Shown here: positions 1 through 8,363 of the stretch, piece by piece
Layout of the letters: each line of letters opens with the position of its first letter
Numbering within the stretch: position 1 is the stretch's first letter
Origin: Bradymonadia bacterium
GTDB taxonomy: Bacteria > Myxococcota_A > Bradymonadia > UBA7976 > UBA1532
Reading direction: 5' to 3'
Assembly (NCBI GenBank): GCA_046290225.1
Contig: JBKAGE010000065.1
Span: 1 to 43,747, forward strand
Length of the DNA stretch: 43,747 nucleotides
Notes under the pieces: generated by a model
The model's database searches: none
The model's input: the letters and a program-made list of their open reading frames with translations, nothing else
What the model was told of the DNA's origin: nothing
Program-made: the position numbers and the translations under genes

Positions 1-85
1 AGGAGCGCCGGATGCGGGAGATCCGCACGTCCGGTGCGATGGGGGGCGGGCAACGCGGTACTACGCCGCGACCCGCCTACCCTAC
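1..85 (+). mobile_element. 3' end of a group II intron (domain V, domain VI, 3' splice site); the rest of the intron lies left of the window
   Basis: 5-37 reads GCGCCGGAT-GCGG-GAGA-TCCGC-AC-GTCCGGTGC, a DV hairpin with GNRA loop, AC bulge and CGC triad. 41-50 GGGGGGCGGG pairs with 72-82 CCCGCCT-A-CCC, leaving A79 bulged as the branch point, 7th nt from the end. Inner stem CGCGG/CCGCG. Ends ...CCCTAC (AY). Confidence 0.88.
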
Positions 86-397
86 CGGGGCTCGTGCGTA
101 GGTGGGTTATGGCTTTGGGGTTTTGGTTCTTTGGGGTTTTTACGTGGGTATGCGGGTCTGGGCGTTGAATCGTCGGGAGACGGCAATGGGGCCGAGGCCA
201 ACATCCTTCAGCCAGGAAGCACATTCATTTCTTGTTGGAGCTGTGACTTACCTGGATCTGAGGTGCACGTACTCAAACCGCCGCAGGCATCTCGCTCAAC
301 TATGTGTCAGGAGGCATCGACATGCGCGATTCAGCATGCCCAAACAGCTCACCACTCTACTCCCACAAAGCCATGACCCACCTATGCAAGAGCCCCG
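86..397. mobile_element. MITE-like non-coding element with 35-bp terminal inverted repeats
   Basis: 86-120 CGGGGCTCGTGCGTAGGTGGGTTATGGCTTTGGGG is the reverse complement of 363-397 at 31/35 positions. A further inner inverted match links about 156-172 and about 328-346. No credible ORF. Confidence 0.6.
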
Positions 398-561
398 CGG
401 AGGCGCGGAGGTGGCGACAGTCGTCGTGAGGTCGGTGAGGTCGTGTGCAGGCGCGGCTTTTCACCCGCAGGGGTAGCAGCGCTACCCCGAGGACGGAAAA
501 GTTGTGCCTGTGCGCGAGATCGCCGGCGTCACGGCGGCTGACGCCACCGCAGTGCCGGAGC
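398..561 (+). repeat. 164-bp long-hairpin repeat, copy 1
   Basis: Gap-free match (139/164 by hand) to the reverse complement of 43502-43665. Folds as one long imperfect stem. Ends 3 bp from the stop codon of the upstream minus-strand gene. Confidence 0.9.
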
Positions 562-564
562 CCG

Positions 565-1602
565 TCAGCTCGCGTTGGCGCGGCGGCGGCGGACGCCGGG
601 GAGGTGGGGCTCGCCCGCTTCCTCGTTCACGAGGGGGGCCACGTTGCTCTCAGCGGCTTCGGCAGGCGTCTCATCGGTGTTTGCCGGGGCAGAGGGCCAG
701 AACCAGACCCGGTCCTGGTTCTCGTCCAGATCAGCGCGGAAGGGCTGCTCCACGCCGTGCTCCTTCGAGAGGCGCTTGATCGGCTCGATGATGCCGCCCA
801 CGGCCACAGCACGGGTCAGGCTGAAGGCATCCAGCACATCCTTGATCCTCAGCTGCTTCTGCTCGCGGAGAAGCTCCATGAACTTGCGGGACTGATCAGG
901 CAGCGCATCGATGAAGGCGTTGAATTGAGCCTCTTGTGCTGCGTTGCTCTCAGACTGGGACGGCGTAGCAGCCTTGGGGGCTGCAGTGGGGGAGAGCACA
1001 GGTACCTCGCCTTCCACACCGATCCAGACCCAGGCCTTCTCGTCGCCGACGATCGTGGGCAGGAAGGGCACGCGGATGCCGCGGTTCGGCGCCCAGCGGG
1101 AGATCGAGCCCGTGATGCCACCGAGCTTCTTCGGAGCCTCGATCCCCAGAGCTTCCATCGCCTCTTTGATCGTCACCGTCTTCCGCTCTTCGAGCAGAGC
1201 CAGGAACGCCCGGGGGGTGTCTTTCAGGCCCGCCTTGAAGGCTTCATAGCGCTCAGTGGGCGTGCCCTCGAAGGTCGTGGGCTTGGCCACGGGGCGGGGG
1301 CGACGGCGCTTGCGGGGGGCTGGGGCCTCCTCCGACCCGGAGGCGCCATTTTGAAGCGCGTAGGCCTTCAGAGACTCGGCGAGGCTCACCGACTTTGCGT
1401 TGCTCTTCTGGGTGAAGGCTTCTGCTGGGGGTATCGCCGCCTCTGGCTGTGGTGCTGAGGGTGCAGCCGGCGCTGCGTCGGGCACCACTTCCTGAACGAG
1501 CGTGCCCACTTCGTCGCCGAGGGCGAGCATCAGGGCGCTCATGGCCTGAGCGACATCCTGGTTTTCGAGGGCGGTCAGGGGCAGTGAAATCCGAACAGTC
1601 AT
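565..1602 (-). CDS. hypothetical protein with two tandem winged-helix-like domains
   Basis: Start moved to ATG 1602 (RBS GAGGAG). Two internally homologous ~75-aa units (YEAFKAGL...GGITGSISRW...PF...WVW and FNAFIDAL...GGIIEPIKRL...PF...WFW), plus the basic linker PRKRRRPRP. Confidence 0.7.
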   Translation of the reverse strand: MTVRISLPLTALENQDVAQAMSALMLALGDEVGTLVQEVVPDAAPAAPSAPQPEAAIPPAEAFTQKSNAKSVSLAESLKAYALQNGASGSEEAPAPRKRRRPRPVAKPTTFEGTPTERYEAFKAGLKDTPRAFLALLEERKTVTIKEAMEALGIEAPKKLGGITGSISRWAPNRGIRVPFLPTIVGDEKAWVWIGVEGEVPVLSPTAAPKAATPSQSESNAAQEAQFNAFIDALPDQSRKFMELLREQKQLRIKDVLDAFSLTRAVAVGGIIEPIKRLSKEHGVEQPFRADLDENQDRVWFWPSAPANTDETPAEAAESNVAPLVNEEAGEPHLPGVRRRRANAS

Positions 1603-2178
1603 CTGGTTCTCCTCAAAGGGGGCTGAACATCCCATGTACCAGTGATGGGTGCCCGATGATGGGTCTCTCGTGTGATGCGTTAAGTGCCCCTGGGGTTCAG
1701 GGAAGGCGCATTTCACTGCACACGGCAGGCTGAATGCCCTCACATTGCCCCATGGACCTGTTTAGTTTTCAAATTCGAACTGAACGTAGAGCACCTTCAA
1801 CAAGCACAGCATCCAGTGATGCTGTACGTATCGTGCGATTTTTCTGCAATCTGGCCCATATGAAACGCGTAACCATGAGTCATGGCCTGCTGTTTTTAAG
1901 ATATAGCCATTCTTAAATGATCATTCAACCTGCACTCCTCAGCCATACAACAGCCGCAGCTCAGGAGATCTTGAGGAGGAGAATGAGAGAAATACCTCTA
2001 CTTTCAAAGTCTTCGGCTTGGTTGGGAGAAAGGTTTTTAGCGAAGAGCAGTTCAAGAGGGTTTCTCTCGAACGCTGACGCTGAATGGACCTGTCTCATGT
2101 CCACCCGCCGATGGGTGGATGTGTGCCACAAAGAGGCATGGAAATCAAAAAAAAACGCCCCGATTACGGGATCTTCGT

Positions 2179-2198
2179 TTGTCCACAAGTTATCCACA
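2179..2198 (+). promoter_or_regulatory. tandem DnaA boxes
   Basis: TTGTCCACA (2179-2187, 1 mismatch) and a perfect TTATCCACA (2190-2198), 2 nt apart, in an AT-richer ~800-bp intergenic region. Confidence 0.55.
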
Positions 2199-2416
2199 AG
2201 CAGGTGGTGAAAGTCACATGGACAGGCATCGGGAGCCAAGATGACAGGCATCGAAAGCATCCCGCATGAGATGAATGGCCTGGATCGCACTATCGGATGG
2301 CTATCCGGTGGCTCTCTTGGGATCTCTCCGACACCTCACCGTCGATCGTGGCATCCATGCTCACTGGTTGAGTGATCTGGTTGACGTTGGGCTTCGGATC
2401 CGACAGGGATCCATCG

Positions 2417-3163
2417 ATGATGCTTCGTCGACCCACAGCCTCGCGGCTCGATCGCCGCCTCTTCTGCGCCGGCGCTGCGGCCGCGGTGATCTACCCGAGC
2501 GTTGCCGGCGCCTACTTGCTCCCTGAGCGTTTCATCTTGAAGAAGATGGCCACCCACCTGAAGCGCAGGCCCGTACTCCAAGTGACCCTCACCGGTCGTG
2601 CGGTGGTGGGCAAGCAGGTGATGTCCGTGGGTGAGCGTTGGATGTTCGATCAGCGCCAGAAGACCTGCCAGGTCGACGTGAACGGCACGGGAGGCGCCAA
2701 GGTCTCGTGGCGCTGGCAAAAGGGGCAGCCGCTCTCGGGGATCACCGAAGGAGAAGCTGGCCTGTTGCCCACAGAGGTCGAACGTTTGACCCTCGGGCAC
2801 CTCGTGGCCTTCGCGGATCCGGTGGGGTTGCTCGACGCGTTGCAGGTCGATCGCTCCACAGTGCGATTGGGCTTGCTCAAAGATCGCGCGATGTACGTCA
2901 TCGGCGCCGGGCCCCGAGAGCCGGGGTTGCCCCAGGTCTGGATAGATCAAGACCGGTTCACGGTGGCGCAGGTCAGATATCAAGATGGTGCAGGTCGGCT
3001 GGTGCAGCTGAGCTGTGAGGGCTGGTGGGGGCCGCCGCGTCCTGGTGTGTTCCCTGGCCGCTTGAGGGTGCAGGTGGGGCGCACTTTGATGCGACAGGTA
3101 GAGGTCTCCCAGATCAAATCGCCGATTCAGGAGGCCCGTGAGCGTCGGAGGTCCGGGGGATGA
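2417..3163 (+). CDS. exported hypothetical protein (possible Tat signal; LolA-like C-terminal motif)
   Basis: Likely start ATG 2417. DRRLF plus a hydrophobic stretch resembles a twin-arginine signal. QVWIDQDRFTV resembles the LolA-superfamily strand. Stop overlaps the priA start (ATGA). Confidence 0.6.
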   Translation: MMLRRPTASRLDRRLFCAGAAAAVIYPSVAGAYLLPERFILKKMATHLKRRPVLQVTLTGRAVVGKQVMSVGERWMFDQRQKTCQVDVNGTGGAKVSWRWQKGQPLSGITEGEAGLLPTEVERLTLGHLVAFADPVGLLDALQVDRSTVRLGLLKDRAMYVIGAGPREPGLPQVWIDQDRFTVAQVRYQDGAGRLVQLSCEGWWGPPRPGVFPGRLRVQVGRTLMRQVEVSQIKSPIQEARERRRSGG

Positions 3164-5610
3164 GCGAGGGCGCAACGATCGAAGAAGGTTTTGCCGAGGT
3201 GGCGGTGCCCGTGCCGCTGCGTCGGACCTTCCACTACATCGTGCCACCAGAGATGGAGGATCGGGTGCGCCCGGGTGTAAGGGTGCTCGTGCCTTTTGGT
3301 CGCAAGCGGCAGCTGGGCTACGTGATCTCCCGAGAGGTGCCTCCACCTGACGGCATCAAGCTGCTGCCGGTGAGCAGAGTGCTCGACGACACGCTGCCCA
3401 CCTTCGAAAAGCCCATGATCGCCATGCTGCGCTGGATCGCGGATTACTACCGCGCCCCCATTGGTGAGGTGATGCGTGCGGCCCACCCCGCCGGGACCAA
3501 CGTCAAGGCGGTGAAGGCCATCGAGCTCACGGCAGAGGGCCGGGCTGCGCTCTCTGATGGGGCCTCTCTGGTGCCTGATTTGAAGGTGCTGGGCTGGCTG
3601 AAGGCCCTCGCTGAGGGGGCTGTGGCTCTGACGGCGCTCGATCCTACGCCAACTGCAGCCCAGGTGAAGCGCATGGTGAGCGCGGGGCTGGTGACGGCCA
3701 CCGACGTGATCGAGGCGCCCCGTGTGGCGGTGCGCACCGAGCGGGCGGTGAAGGCCATGGCGCCCCTCCCGGCCTTGGGGAGCGGCAGCGGCGGGCGCAT
3801 CGTCAAGCGAGACGAGATCCACCGCTGGCTCATCGGGAAAGGCACCGTGCCGGTTCGAGAGGTCCGGCAGATGTTCCCCAGGGCTGTGGGTCACATCAAG
3901 AAGCTCGTCACCGAGGCGCGCATCGCCGAGATCGACGTGGAGGTGCTGCGAGATCCGTTCTTCGGCGAGGCGGTGACCCGCGACACGGCGCCCACCCTCA
4001 ACGAGGCACAGAAGGCGGCGGTTCAGGCGGCCCTCGATGCCGATGGGTACGCGGGCTTGCTGCTGCAGGGCATCACCGGCAGCGGGAAGACCGAGGTGTA
4101 CCTGCACGCCATCGAGGGCATGCTGGCCCGAGGCCGAGGTGCCCTGGTGCTGGTCCCCGAGATCGCCCTCACGCCTCAGCTCGTTCGACGCTTCAGGGCT
4201 CGCCTCGGAGACACCATCGCCGTGCTGCACAGTGGCTTGTCCGATGGGGCCCGCTTCGATCAATGGCGCCGCCTGCGCCGAGGCGAGGTGAAGGTGGCCA
4301 TCGGCGCCCGGAGCGCGGTCTTCGCCCCGGTGGCTGATCTGGGGATCATCGTCGTCGACGAGGAGCACGATCCGTCGTTCAAGCAGAGCGAGGGCGTGCG
4401 CTATCACGCCCGGGACATGGCCATCATGCGCGCCCACCGTGAGAAGGCGGTGGTGATGATGGGCTCGGCGACGCCCTCGATGGAGAGCATCAGCAACGTC
4501 GAGCAGGGGAAGCTCCGGCGCCTGGTTCTGGCCACCCGCCCCACAGGGGGCACGCTGCCCGAGGTCACCCTCGTGGATATGCGCGATCCGGCGAACCGGC
4601 CAAAAGAGAAGGGCAGTCGGTTCTTGTCGAACCCGCTCCGCGATGCCATGGCCGAGAACTTGCGCCGCGGGGAGCAGACGATCTTGTTCCTGAACCGGCG
4701 CGGCTATAGCCCTTTCGTGATGTGTCGCAACTGCGGTCACGTCTACGAGTGTGATCAGTGCGCGATCTCGATGGTGTACCACCGCAACACTGGCTATCTG
4801 AAATGCCACTACTGCGACGCGGGTCAGGCGATGCCGGAGACCTGCGGGGTGTGCGGCTCGGAGGACATCGGCCTGCTCGGGCAGGGCACAGAGCGGGTGG
4901 AGGAGGCCCTCAATGCGCTCTTCCCCGCGGCACGGGTGGCCCGCCTCGATCGCGACACGGGCACTGGGCAACGCCTGCAGGACACCCTCAAGGCCATGCA
5001 CGACGGGGCCATCGACATCCTGGTGGGCACTCAGATGGTGACCAAGGGCCATGACTTCCCCATGGTGACCCTCGTAGGAGTGCTCGCCGCCGACGCGGGG
5101 CTGAAGTTCCCCGACTTCCGGTCTGCAGAGCGCACCTTCCAGTTGCTCTCCCAGGTGGCCGGGCGCGCAGGCCGCTCTACCTTGCCAGGGCGGGTGCTGG
5201 TCCAGACCTATGATCCCGATCACTTCTGCTTGCGGGCGGTGGTGGCCCATGATCACGCGTCGTTTGCTCAGGAGGAGATGCCCCTGCGCAACCTCATGGG
5301 GTATCCGCCTTACACGCACGCAGCGTCGATCCGCATCGACGGCGCTGATCCGAGATCGGTGGAGCGCGAGTCCCGCCGCATCGCCGAGATCCTGCTCCGA
5401 GCGGGGGTGGGCCGTGACGCGACTCACCTTCGAGGACCCGCTGCTGCGGCCATCGAGCGCATTCGCGGGCGCACCCGATGGGCCATGTTGCTCACCGCGG
5501 ACAAGCGCGGCGCCCTGGTCCGCTTGCTCGAGGCGGTGGACGCGGCGGAGCCGCCGAAGGATAAAGACCTGCGCATGGCCATCGACGTCGACCCCCATGC
5601 CCTGCTCTGA
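3160..5610 (+). CDS. priA: primosomal protein N' (replication restart helicase)
   Basis: Walker A GITGSGKT, LVPEIALTPQ, DEEH, SATPS, LNRRGY, four CxxC pairs, GTQMVTKGHDFP, QVAGRAGR, C-terminal IDVDP. Confidence 0.97.
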   Translation: MSEGATIEEGFAEVAVPVPLRRTFHYIVPPEMEDRVRPGVRVLVPFGRKRQLGYVISREVPPPDGIKLLPVSRVLDDTLPTFEKPMIAMLRWIADYYRAPIGEVMRAAHPAGTNVKAVKAIELTAEGRAALSDGASLVPDLKVLGWLKALAEGAVALTALDPTPTAAQVKRMVSAGLVTATDVIEAPRVAVRTERAVKAMAPLPALGSGSGGRIVKRDEIHRWLIGKGTVPVREVRQMFPRAVGHIKKLVTEARIAEIDVEVLRDPFFGEAVTRDTAPTLNEAQKAAVQAALDADGYAGLLLQGITGSGKTEVYLHAIEGMLARGRGALVLVPEIALTPQLVRRFRARLGDTIAVLHSGLSDGARFDQWRRLRRGEVKVAIGARSAVFAPVADLGIIVVDEEHDPSFKQSEGVRYHARDMAIMRAHREKAVVMMGSATPSMESISNVEQGKLRRLVLATRPTGGTLPEVTLVDMRDPANRPKEKGSRFLSNPLRDAMAENLRRGEQTILFLNRRGYSPFVMCRNCGHVYECDQCAISMVYHRNTGYLKCHYCDAGQAMPETCGVCGSEDIGLLGQGTERVEEALNALFPAARVARLDRDTGTGQRLQDTLKAMHDGAIDILVGTQMVTKGHDFPMVTLVGVLAADAGLKFPDFRSAERTFQLLSQVAGRAGRSTLPGRVLVQTYDPDHFCLRAVVAHDHASFAQEEMPLRNLMGYPPYTHAASIRIDGADPRSVERESRRIAEILLRAGVGRDATHLRGPAAAAIERIRGRTRWAMLLTADKRGALVRLLEAVDAAEPPKDKDLRMAIDVDPHALL

Positions 5611-5640
5611 TCACCGACGTATTCGGGGAGCTGTCCTGTC

Positions 5641-7749
5641 GTGAGCGTGGAGAAGAAGATCCTCATCGTGGAGCACGAGGTGCCTGTCGCCGAGGGGCTG
5701 TCACGCCGCTTGAGGGGGCGAGGGTATGTGCCCGTGGTGGAGCCACAGCCTGATAAAGCGGCGGCCCTCTTCGAGCAGGAGCGCCCCGATCTGATCGTGA
5801 TCAGCCTCACGCTGCCCGACGATGCCGGGCGCCTGCTTTGTCGAGCCATCCGCCGTAAGCCTTTGGGTACGTTGGTGCCCATCCTGTTCATGGGCACGGG
5901 GCTCGAGACGGTGGCGAACGTGAACGACGCCATTGCCTCTGGGGCCGATCACTGGTTCCGCAAACCTGAAGACATCGACGCTCTGCTGGCGAAGGTGGCG
6001 GTGTACATCGGCCCTGGGGAGTCGGTGCCTGCCGCTCTGGGGCCTGAGCTGACCCCTGCAGGGGCAAAGCCGCCCGTGCCACCCACTTCGGCCCTGATCG
6101 AAGCTCTGGGCGCCCCGGAGGCTGATGCGCAAGATGCGTCATCGCCTCGAGAGGCATCGACGCTCTGGGCAGAGGTGAGCGCAGCCCTCAATCAGGGAGA
6201 GCAGGGTGACGATGCGCCTGCACCTGCTGGATCTGATCGAACGATTCAGGGGCAGGGGGCTCCGCGTCCTCGTCTGCACGTCACCACGGAGCACGAGCGC
6301 GATGGCCTGGCGCCGCGCCCTGAGAGTGCCAGGGCGCAGGCAGCGGGCCTCCAGCTGACGCCACCTGCGCTCCGGGCGACCCGTCGCCCCACGGGGCCTC
6401 ATCCAGTGGTGCGCCCCATGGAGTCGGATCGCGAGGTCGGGCCTGCAGAGGCGCCCTGGCGCCGAGCCGAGCAAGGGTCCGACCTTCGAGGGGCGGAGGC
6501 GCCCGCTCAAGAGGCGCTGCCTGCTGCACGCAGAGCACCTGAGCCACAGCGGCCTGATCAGTCACCGCTGCCCCAACTGAGGCCCGGCCCTGGCAGTTGG
6601 GCGCCAGCAGAGCCCCCAAGTGCACGGCCAGGGGCACATCTCGCGCCCCTCGACTTCGGCCGTGCTGTGCCCCTGGCACAGCGTGGATTTGGGGCAATCC
6701 TTGCTGCGGTGGCCCACAGCGGCCTCACCGGGCGGGTGGAGATCGCCGCCGTGGGCGTGCTCAGGCGCGTCTTCGTAGAAGGCGGGCGCCCGGTGTACAC
6801 CGACACCAGCGATCCTCGCGATGATCTGGCGGGCTACCTCGCAGGAGAGGGGTTGCTTGATCGGGCCATGCTCGAGCAGGTCCGCAACCACGCCCGCCAG
6901 CAAGGCGTGGCGGTGGAAGAGGTCCTGATGGAGGCGGGCTACCTCCGCCCTGAGGAGATCTACGAAGCCCTGCGCGGCTATGTCACAGAACGGGTCATGG
7001 CCCTTTTTGGCCTCGAGTCTGGAGAGTCGGTGATCATCCGCGGTGGGGGTGGTGCCCTCGATCCTGTCGACCTGGGCATGGCCCCAGGGCGGTTGATTCT
7101 CGACGGGGTCCGGCGTAAATACGGCCGCCTCCGGCTGTTCCGGGTCTTCGGCACCTCCACGGTGGTGCCCCGGCCCTTGCTCCAGCCTGGAGATCCGCTG
7201 CCCTCGGGCTTGTCGCTTCGGCCGGCGGAGGAGGCCACCCTCGACGCCGTCGATGGCCACCGCACCGTGTCCGAGGTGGCTCGAGCTGCTCGGGTGAGCG
7301 AGGTCGATGCCCTGGCGATCCTGTACGGGTTGTCGGTGATGGGCGTCGTGGAAGCAGGTCCCGGCGGTCGCCGCCCGGGTCACCTGCCTCCACTGACTTC
7401 GGAGGCGGTGGGCCGTCTCGGCGCCCCTCGCACTGCGGAGCAGATGCCTGGCTTCGCGGAGATGGTGCAGGCACGGCACCACGAGATCAGCCACGGCGAT
7501 TATTATGCCGTGCTCGGGGTGCCTCACAATGCCACCCCTGGGGAGATCCACGCCGCCTGGGAGAAGCTCAAGCGGCAGTTCGATCCCCACCGGGTGAGAA
7601 AAGACGGGCCCTTCTGGGTGCCGGTCCAGGAGATCGCGGAGGTGGTGGACGACGCCTACGCCATGCTCTCCGACGGCCGCCGCCGGGCCCTCTACAACAA
7701 CCACCTCACCCACAGCCCACACGAGGGTGAGGCCGACGGTCTCGACTGA
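5641..7749 (+). CDS. receiver-like + Pro/Ala linker + DUF4388-like + J-like domain fusion protein
   Basis: N-terminal REC fold (ILIVE...PDLIVI...GADHWFRKP), central LTGRVEI...VFVEGGRPVY, C-terminal DYYAVLGV...AYAMLSDGRRRALY. Catalytic residues are degenerate. Confidence 0.8.
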   Translation: MSVEKKILIVEHEVPVAEGLSRRLRGRGYVPVVEPQPDKAAALFEQERPDLIVISLTLPDDAGRLLCRAIRRKPLGTLVPILFMGTGLETVANVNDAIASGADHWFRKPEDIDALLAKVAVYIGPGESVPAALGPELTPAGAKPPVPPTSALIEALGAPEADAQDASSPREASTLWAEVSAALNQGEQGDDAPAPAGSDRTIQGQGAPRPRLHVTTEHERDGLAPRPESARAQAAGLQLTPPALRATRRPTGPHPVVRPMESDREVGPAEAPWRRAEQGSDLRGAEAPAQEALPAARRAPEPQRPDQSPLPQLRPGPGSWAPAEPPSARPGAHLAPLDFGRAVPLAQRGFGAILAAVAHSGLTGRVEIAAVGVLRRVFVEGGRPVYTDTSDPRDDLAGYLAGEGLLDRAMLEQVRNHARQQGVAVEEVLMEAGYLRPEEIYEALRGYVTERVMALFGLESGESVIIRGGGGALDPVDLGMAPGRLILDGVRRKYGRLRLFRVFGTSTVVPRPLLQPGDPLPSGLSLRPAEEATLDAVDGHRTVSEVARAARVSEVDALAILYGLSVMGVVEAGPGGRRPGHLPPLTSEAVGRLGAPRTAEQMPGFAEMVQARHHEISHGDYYAVLGVPHNATPGEIHAAWEKLKRQFDPHRVRKDGPFWVPVQEIAEVVDDAYAMLSDGRRRALYNNHLTHSPHEGEADGLD

Positions 7750-7772
7750 GGAGACCCGGGGAAGGGGGACAC

Positions 7773-8363
7773 ATGGCCCTTCGCACGGTTCTGCACTGGC
7801 CCGACGAGCGCCTCAAGCACGTCGCCGAGCCCGTGACCCGCTTCGACGACGCGCTGCGACAGCTCGTCGTCGACATGGCCGAGACGATGTACGACGAAGA
7901 TGGGGTGGGCCTGGCCGCGACGCAGATCGGCGTGCCGCTGCGGGTGGTGGTGATGGATTGCTACACCGGCCCCGAAGACGATCCCCACAGTTTTCGGGCG
8001 TTGATCAACCCCGAGATCATCTCCTCGGAAGGTCAGGTGATTTGGAATGAGGGCTGCCTCTCGGTGCCCGGCATTCAGGCCGAGGTCGAGCGGGCCGCCG
8101 AGCTGAAGGTCAGGTTTCACACCGCTGACGGCGAGCTCCGAGAGATCGAGGTCGACGCCCTTGAGGCGGTATGCATCCAGCACGAGATCGATCACCTGAA
8201 CGGGGTGGTGTTCATCGAGCACCTCGGGGCCATAGAACGGGCCCACGCCATGCAGTCCTATGACCCCACGGCGCCAAAGCCCTCTCGAGCGGACATCTCG
8301 GAAGACGAGGTGGACGAAGAGGTGGCCTGTAGCCCGGAGGAGGTGCTTGATGAAGTTGAATGA
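7773..8363 (+). CDS. def: peptide deformylase
   Basis: Motifs GVGLAATQ, EGCLS and QHEIDH; directly upstream of fmt. Confidence 0.97.
   Translation: MALRTVLHWPDERLKHVAEPVTRFDDALRQLVVDMAETMYDEDGVGLAATQIGVPLRVVVMDCYTGPEDDPHSFRALINPEIISSEGQVIWNEGCLSVPGIQAEVERAAELKVRFHTADGELREIEVDALEAVCIQHEIDHLNGVVFIEHLGAIERAHAMQSYDPTAPKPSRADISEDEVDEEVACSPEEVLDEVE

Noticed and set aside
398..561. Canonical integron attC site
   Set aside because: No RYYYAAC/GTTRRRY cores, no integrase and no cassette array.
102..561. Protein-coding reading of the repeat (VATVVVRSV...EDGKVV; ORFs 102-476 and 42387-43652)
   Set aside because: Copy 1 has an in-frame TAG, and the apparent synonymous changes are explained by base-pair compensation.
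1750..2230. oriC
   Set aside because: Only two clear DnaA boxes and no dnaA/dnaN/gidA context; kept only as a regulatory candidate.
3127..5598. Long antisense ORFs (also 13714-16032, 9627-11228, 32505-34196, 35069-36679)
   Set aside because: Shadow frames opposite well-supported genes in high-GC DNA, with no recognisable motifs.
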